DNA of 64,000 bases, taken from contig CAWDEX010000003.1 in the NCBI GenBank assembly GCA_963801475.1, forward strand, positions 11,638 through 75,637. Direction: 5' to 3'. The translations under genes were made by a program, and so were the position numbers. Positions 58,559 to 64,000 of this stretch are shown here, in pieces. How positions within the stretch are numbered: the first letter of the stretch is position 1; every line of letters begins with the position of its first letter. This DNA comes from an uncultured Acidobacteriota bacterium (GTDB taxonomy: Bacteria > Acidobacteriota > Thermoanaerobaculia > UBA5066). Below the pieces are notes generated by a model. The model was not told the origin of the DNA. It did no database searches and saw only the letters and a list, made by a program, of their open reading frames with translations.

Positions 58559-58993
58559 TCAGGGCCAGATCTCGACTCTCGGGTCGACCTCCACGACCGT
58601 GCCGTCGGACAGCTTGAGACGGGCCGTGTAATCGACGAGCGTCTTCGCGGTCACGCGCCGGGCGGTCGCGGACTTGAGGAGCTTTCGCCGCTCATCGAAG
58701 ACCGGCGGTCCGTCGAACGGGTTCGCGTTCCCGAAGTCGACAGAGACGGCGCCGTCCGGGGAGATCCACTGGATGGAGTCCTTCCCGCCGCGGAGGATGA
58801 CCCACTTGTTCGACATGACGGCGCTCTTCCGACCTGGATCATGCGTGACGATGACGCTGACGGCTTCCGCGGGCCGGTTCAGGTACTCCGTCGAGATCGG
58901 CGGGCCTCCGCCGCAGGACGTGACCGCCGCGAGGAGCGCCGACAGGACGACGGCAGCGGCGAGATACGGGGGCCTTTCGGGCGTTGAGCGCAT
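58559..58993 (-). CDS. Putative lipoprotein
   Basis: Lipobox-like AVTS|C; C-terminal VDPRVEIWP; GAAGGGAGG RBS. Confidence 0.75.
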   Translation of the reverse strand: MRSTPERPPYLAAAVVLSALLAAVTSCGGGPPISTEYLNRPAEAVSVIVTHDPGRKSAVMSNKWVILRGGKDSIQWISPDGAVSVDFGNANPFDGPPVFDERRKLLKSATARRVTAKTLVDYTARLKLSDGTVVEVDPRVEIWP

Positions 58994-59007
58994 GGGGGTC
59001 CCTCCCT

Positions 59008-61611
59008 TCAGGATGTCTTCTTCTTCGAGGAGATGATCGACAGAACGCGTTGGAACTCCGGGAGCTTTCGGACGTTTCCGAGGTTCGGATCGCGCGTGAT
59101 CTCCGCCGGGCCAAGCCCCCGCTCGGCAGCTCGCGCGAGGAAGTCCAGGGAATCCGCGGGGCGATTCAACGCCGCCGCCGTGACGGCCGCCGTCTGCAGC
59201 ACGTCGACGTCGTCCGGAGCGAGAGAGACGGCGCGCTGCGTCTCGGTCCAGGCACGTTGGCTCTGCCCGAGGCGGGCCCGGCACTGGGCGACGAGGGCGA
59301 CCTCGATCGGATCATCGGGATTGACCGAGAGCGTAGCCTCTCCGAGCGGGAGGGCCTTCCCGTAGGCCGCCCGCGCCTCGCCGGAGCGCCCCGGCGTCCA
59401 GGTGAGCGCGTCACCCTGGTAGAGGAGAAAGTGGAAGTTCCTCGGAGAGAGGGCGACGGCCTGCCCGAAGGCGGCGGCGGCTTCCCCGTACCGGCCGAGA
59501 AGGTAATAGGCCACGCCCAGGTTGGATGAAGCCTGTGGCGTCGGCTGGATCTCGATGGAGCGCGAGAGCGCCTTCACGGCCTCGTCGAAACGCCCGAGCT
59601 TCAGGAGGATCCCGCCGATGTTCTGCTGGACGGGGGCCACGTCGGGGTTGAGCGCAGCGGCCTTCTGGAACGCGGCGAGAGCTTCCTCGTTTCGTCCCTC
59701 GCGCGCGTAGAAGGCGCCGAGGAGGTTCACGGCCGACCAGGACGTGGGCCTCAGGGCGGTCGCCCGCAGGAACGCCTCTCCGGCTGCAGCATTCTCGCCG
59801 GAGCCCTGGAGTGCCCTCGCGAGAGCGAGAACCGCCTCGAAGTCGTTCGGGCGGCCCTCCAGCACCCTCCGGACGATCTCGACCGCTCTCTTCGGTTCCC
59901 CGGTCGCCGTCAGGACCTGTCCCAGCACAACCTGCGCCTCAGGCGAGCCCGGGTCGAGGGAGACCGCCCTGGAAGCGGCCTGCCTCGCGAGATCGGCGTG
60001 CCGCGGGTCGGCGTCGAGGCCGTACAGGTAGAGATACGCCCGGCCCAGCGAGGCCTGGACGGCCCCGGAGCTCTCTCCGCCCGGGATCCTCTTCAGAAGG
60101 TCCACCGCCCTCCGGACCGAATCCGGCCTGTCCCGCCGCTCGAGGCACCCCAGCGCGACGACGTACTCGGTCTGCGCGGGCCCGGGGGAAATGGCGGGGG
60201 TCGCGACGGGGGCTCCGCTGGCGAGGTGGACCTGGAGGGCGGCGATGAGCTTCTGCGTCAGCTGCTCCTCGAGCCGGAAATGGTCGGTGGCCGGCCCGGT
60301 CACCTCGTCGGCGGCGATCTGGACCGGCGAGCCGGCGAGGAAGACGGAGAACGAGAGCTGGCGCTGGTCCCCCATCTGGCGGACGGCAGGCTGGACGAGG
60401 AGGTTGGCTCCCGTGTCACGCGCCCACCTCGACGGATCGGTCTCCTTGAGCATCGCCGGGCCGGAGGGACGCATGACGGCCACGCCCGGGACGCTCTGGA
60501 GCTTCACGCCGAGGCTGAACGACACGCCGTCGCACAGCTGCCTTCCGTCGTTGCGACCGGTCAGGTCCGTGGCGGGAAGAATGGCAAGGAGTTTCGAGGC
60601 CGGCAGCGCCGTCGTGTCCCGTCCCCTGAACGCGAAGAAGAGAAGAGCCGCGGCGGCGACGGCGAGGAGAGCGCCGGCGGCCGCGTAAACGCCGGGCCTG
60701 CGACGGATCCGGGCCGACATCGAAGCGGAGGTCCGGGGAACGTACGCGGTGCGCCCCTCCAGAACGGCGTCGATGGTCTGGCGCGCGTGAGCCAGGTCGG
60801 GGGTCCGCTCGTCACGGTCCTTCGAGAGGCATTTCCGGATGAGGTCCAGGATCCGCGGCGGCGTGTCGACGGGAAGCGCCAACCAGTCCGGTTCCTTGTC
60901 GAGGATGGCGACGAGGACGTCGGACGGCGAGTCTCCGGTGAACGTCCTCTTTCCCGCGAGCATCTCGTAGAGGAGGCAACCGAACGCCCACACGTCGGTT
61001 CGCCAGTCGAGCGGCTTTCCGCGCGCCTGTTCCGGGCTCATGTACGGCGCCGTCCCGAGGACCATCCCCTTCCGCGTGGCGCCCGTGTCGAGCGTGGGGA
61101 ACTCGGAGAAGTCGGAGGCGTTGGCCCCGGGGGCGAAGGCCTTGGCCAGGCCGAAGTCGAGAAGCTTGACCTTGCCGTCGGGGGTGACCTTCACGTTCGC
61201 CGGCTTCAGGTCGCGGTGGAGGATCCCCTTGCCGTGCGCCGCGTCGAGGGCATCCGCGACCTGCCGTGCGATGCCGAGCGCGCGCGACAGGCCGAGCGGA
61301 CCGCCCGCGAGGAGCTGCTTGAGCGTGTCGCCCGGCACCATCTCCATCACGAGGAGCTGGATCCCCTCGACGTTCTCGAAGCTGTAGATCGCGGCGATGT
61401 TCGGGTGGTTGAAGGCGGCGAGAAGCTGCGCCTCGCGCTGGAACCGGGCGATGCGCTCGCGGTCGTCGACGAAGGCCTCCGGGAGGACCTTGAGGGCCAC
61501 TTCGCGCCCGAGGCGCGTGTCGCGCGCCCGCCAGACCTCGCCCATGCCGCCCGCTCCGAGCGTGGCGAGAATCTCGTACGGCCCGAGGCGTGACCCGTCG
61601 GAAAGCGCCAT
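59008..61611 (-). CDS. Membrane Ser/Thr kinase with TolB-like and TPR extracellular region
   Basis: LGAGGMGEV, HRDLKPAN, DFGLAK, GTAPYMSPEQ; TM; LAILP; multiple TPRs. Confidence 0.94.
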   Translation of the reverse strand: MALSDGSRLGPYEILATLGAGGMGEVWRARDTRLGREVALKVLPEAFVDDRERIARFQREAQLLAAFNHPNIAAIYSFENVEGIQLLVMEMVPGDTLKQLLAGGPLGLSRALGIARQVADALDAAHGKGILHRDLKPANVKVTPDGKVKLLDFGLAKAFAPGANASDFSEFPTLDTGATRKGMVLGTAPYMSPEQARGKPLDWRTDVWAFGCLLYEMLAGKRTFTGDSPSDVLVAILDKEPDWLALPVDTPPRILDLIRKCLSKDRDERTPDLAHARQTIDAVLEGRTAYVPRTSASMSARIRRRPGVYAAAGALLAVAAAALLFFAFRGRDTTALPASKLLAILPATDLTGRNDGRQLCDGVSFSLGVKLQSVPGVAVMRPSGPAMLKETDPSRWARDTGANLLVQPAVRQMGDQRQLSFSVFLAGSPVQIAADEVTGPATDHFRLEEQLTQKLIAALQVHLASGAPVATPAISPGPAQTEYVVALGCLERRDRPDSVRRAVDLLKRIPGGESSGAVQASLGRAYLYLYGLDADPRHADLARQAASRAVSLDPGSPEAQVVLGQVLTATGEPKRAVEIVRRVLEGRPNDFEAVLALARALQGSGENAAAGEAFLRATALRPTSWSAVNLLGAFYAREGRNEEALAAFQKAAALNPDVAPVQQNIGGILLKLGRFDEAVKALSRSIEIQPTPQASSNLGVAYYLLGRYGEAAAAFGQAVALSPRNFHFLLYQGDALTWTPGRSGEARAAYGKALPLGEATLSVNPDDPIEVALVAQCRARLGQSQRAWTETQRAVSLAPDDVDVLQTAAVTAAALNRPADSLDFLARAAERGLGPAEITRDPNLGNVRKLPEFQRVLSIISSKKKTS

Positions 61612-61702
61612 GTGCGTCTACGGAGAATATCGCCTGCCTTCCGGAGAGCGGCTGGCCGGGGCACTAGACTGTCCGCTCGATGCACCCGTTCAGAGAGGTC
61701 CG

Positions 61703-63151
61703 ATGACGCAAGCCCGCCTGGCCTTACCGCTCGTGTTCCTTCTCCTCCCGCCCTCCCTGATCGCGGCGCCGCCGGAGAGCCTCACGGCGGCCAGTCTCTG
61801 GGAGACGTGGCCGTCGGTTCGCGTCTCGCCGCCCGATCCCTGGTCGCTCAAGAGGGTCCAGCTCGAGGCCGCTCTCGAGACGCTGGAACGCGACACCGCC
61901 GGCCTCTTCACGGTCGTGGACGAGGGGCGCTCCGGCGAGGGGAGGAAGATCACGGCTCTCGCGCTCGGGACAGGCGCGGTGCGCGTCCTCCTCTGGTCGC
62001 AGATGCACGGCGACGAGCCGACGGCGACGAGCGCCCTGCTCGACGTCCTCGCCTTCCTCGGAAAGAACCGGGAGAGCGGGGCCGTGAGGCGCCTCCTCGC
62101 GGGAATCACGGTCTACCTTCTGCCGATGCTGAACCCGGACGGGGCCGAGCGGGCGACCCGGCGGAATGCGCAGGGAATCGACATCAACCGCGACGCGCTT
62201 CGGCTCCAGACGCCGGAAGGGCGCTATCTCAAGAAGGTCCGCGACCGTTTCGAACCGGCGATCGGATTCAACCTCCACAACCAGTCGCCGCTGACGCGCG
62301 CGGGAAAGAACGGGGATCAGGTGGCACTGGCCTTCCTCTCCGTGGCGTTCGACGAGGCCCTGACCGAAAACGAGGGGCGGCGGACGACGAAGCGCCTCGC
62401 CGTCTTCCTGCGCGGGGACCTGTCGCCGTGGGCGGCGGGAAAGATCGCGCGATACGACGCGGACTACACGGAGCGCGCCTTCGGGGACGCGATGACGCGC
62501 TGGGGAACGGCGACGCTGCTGATCGAGACGGGCGGGTGGAACGGCCCCGACGAGGCGGGAACGCTCGTTCGCCTCAACTTCGTCGCCCTTCTCCGGTCGC
62601 TCCAGGCGCTGGCCGACGGCTCGCTCGCCGACCTCGACCCGAAGACGTACGACGCGATCCCGATCCTCGAGCGCGAAGGGCTCTTCGACGTCGTCATCCG
62701 GGAGGCGAACGTGGCGAACGGCAGCGGCCTTCCCCCGTACCTCGCCGACGTGGCGCTCCTCCGCCCGCATCCTCTCGGCGGGACGGCGGGACGCGGTCGC
62801 CCCGGCGTCGTCGATCTCGGCGATCTCTCGGCCTTCCGGGGCAAGGAGGAGATCCCGGCGAAGGGGAGGTTTCTCGTTCCGGCGCCGCCCGGAGGCGAGG
62901 AGGGGTGGCGAAGGACCCTCGCCCGGCTTCGCGAGAGGAAGCTCGCCGACGACGCCGGAGGCCTCCTGCTCTCACCGGAGCAGCTCTCGCTCGAGGTGAA
63001 GGCGTGGATGCCGGAGCGACAACGGCTCGTTCCCGGGTACGCCGGCGCTCTCCTGATCCTCGTGCCGGCCGCCGACGGGACGCTCCGGCTCGACCGGCGG
63101 ATCGAAGGGGCGGCACCTCCGGCGGAAACCGCCGCGAAACCCCGGACGTAG
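61703..63151 (+). CDS. M14 family zinc carboxypeptidase
   Basis: SQMHGDE (HxxE), PMLNPDG, DINRD, FNLH, LLIETG; signal peptide. Confidence 0.92.
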   Translation: MTQARLALPLVFLLLPPSLIAAPPESLTAASLWETWPSVRVSPPDPWSLKRVQLEAALETLERDTAGLFTVVDEGRSGEGRKITALALGTGAVRVLLWSQMHGDEPTATSALLDVLAFLGKNRESGAVRRLLAGITVYLLPMLNPDGAERATRRNAQGIDINRDALRLQTPEGRYLKKVRDRFEPAIGFNLHNQSPLTRAGKNGDQVALAFLSVAFDEALTENEGRRTTKRLAVFLRGDLSPWAAGKIARYDADYTERAFGDAMTRWGTATLLIETGGWNGPDEAGTLVRLNFVALLRSLQALADGSLADLDPKTYDAIPILEREGLFDVVIREANVANGSGLPPYLADVALLRPHPLGGTAGRGRPGVVDLGDLSAFRGKEEIPAKGRFLVPAPPGGEEGWRRTLARLRERKLADDAGGLLLSPEQLSLEVKAWMPERQRLVPGYAGALLILVPAADGTLRLDRRIEGAAPPAETAAKPRT

Positions 63152-63204
63152 TCCGGCTCCGCACGCCGACGAGAGCGGCGACGACCGCGACTATAGTCGG
63201 CGCC

Positions 63205-63972
63205 GTGGCGCGGCTTTCGGACGGCGAACGGCGGCGGTACGCACGGCACCTCGTCCTTCCGGGCGTCGGGGAGGAGGGTCAGGAGCGGATCAAGGCGGCC
63301 CGGATCCTCTGTGTCGGTGCCGGCGGCCTCGGATCGCCGCTCTCGCTGTACCTCGCAGCGGCGGGCGTCGGAACGCTCGGCCTCGTCGATTTCGACGCCG
63401 TGCACGAGTCGAATCTCCAGCGCCAGATCCTCTACGGCACGAAGGACGTCGGGCGGTCCAAGGTCGAAGCGGCGGCGGAGCGGCTCGCCGACCTGAATCC
63501 GAACGTCCGGATCGTGATGCACGCGGCGCGGCTGACGTCCTCGGTCGCGATGGAGATCTTCGCGCTCTACGACGTCGTGGCCGGCGCGACGGACGACTTC
63601 GCGTCCCGATACGTCATCAACGCGGCGTGCGTCCGCCTCGGCAAGCCGATGGTCCACGCCGCGATCCACCGCTTCGAAGGGCAGGCATCGGTCTTCGACG
63701 CCACGAAGGGGCCGTGCTACCGGTGCGCCTTTCCCGAGCCGCCGCCGCCCGGGCTCGTCCCGACGGGGGCTGAAAGCGGTCTTCTCGGCGTCCTTCCCGG
63801 GACGCTCGGAGCGATCCAGGCGACGGAGGCCCTGAAGCTCGTCCTCGGAATCGGTGAACCGCTCGTCGGGCGGCTGCTGCTCGTCGACGCCCTCGCGATG
63901 TCCTTCCGGACGGTCCGCCTGTCGAAGAACCCGGCCTGCATCGTCTGCGGCCCCGGCGTTCGGGAGTCCTGA
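63205..63972 (+). CDS. moeB: MoeB/ThiF-family adenylyltransferase
   Basis: RYARHL, GAGGLG, SNLQRQ, CYRC..CIVC zinc site; TATAGT 7 nt before GTG. Confidence 0.9.
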   Translation: MARLSDGERRRYARHLVLPGVGEEGQERIKAARILCVGAGGLGSPLSLYLAAAGVGTLGLVDFDAVHESNLQRQILYGTKDVGRSKVEAAAERLADLNPNVRIVMHAARLTSSVAMEIFALYDVVAGATDDFASRYVINAACVRLGKPMVHAAIHRFEGQASVFDATKGPCYRCAFPEPPPPGLVPTGAESGLLGVLPGTLGAIQATEALKLVLGIGEPLVGRLLLVDALAMSFRTVRLSKNPACIVCGPGVRES

Positions 63973-64000
63973 CGGCCCGGCGCCTCAGCGTGGCGTGGCC

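Overview
High-GC bacterial window. The Hanks-kinase/TPR and sulfatase/TPR proteins suggest Acidobacteriota, which is an inference. No rRNA, tRNA, CRISPR array or intact recombinase/transposase is visible. Main contents: (i) 1-22 kb, an accessory mosaic holding an encapsulin-type ferritin (cut by the window edge), a DUF2062-methyltransferase, a SET-domain gene, a sulfatase-TPR, several secreted hypotheticals, an AmmeMemoRadiSam pair with a spermidine-synthase-like membrane protein, an LTA-synthase-family gene and many gene fragments; (ii) 24-35.8 kb, a DRTGG / RsbT-like kinase / [FeFe]-hydrogenase-like cluster leading into a NuoE-NuoF-(GltD+NuoG-like) complex resembling the bifurcating transhydrogenase StnABC, interrupted by a sigma54-type module of lipoyl-less GcvH-like proteins; (iii) 36-64 kb, metabolic and signalling genes (CoA-transferase, CDGSH, acyl-CoA dehydrogenase, AKR, GT39, OmpA, IorAB-like, DUF1800/DUF1501, heme-HAMP sensor, two Ser/Thr kinases, M14 peptidase, MoeB-like). 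The strongest unexplained signal is a diverged non-coding repeat family, about 490 bp at full length. At least 8 copies carry its core, all in the same orientation. It has imperfect TGT..ACA terminal inverted repeats, a covarying hairpin and repeated GGTTAACAG words. It punctuates a run of minus-strand accessory genes like a cassette array and also cuts into genes. All alignments were made by eye.
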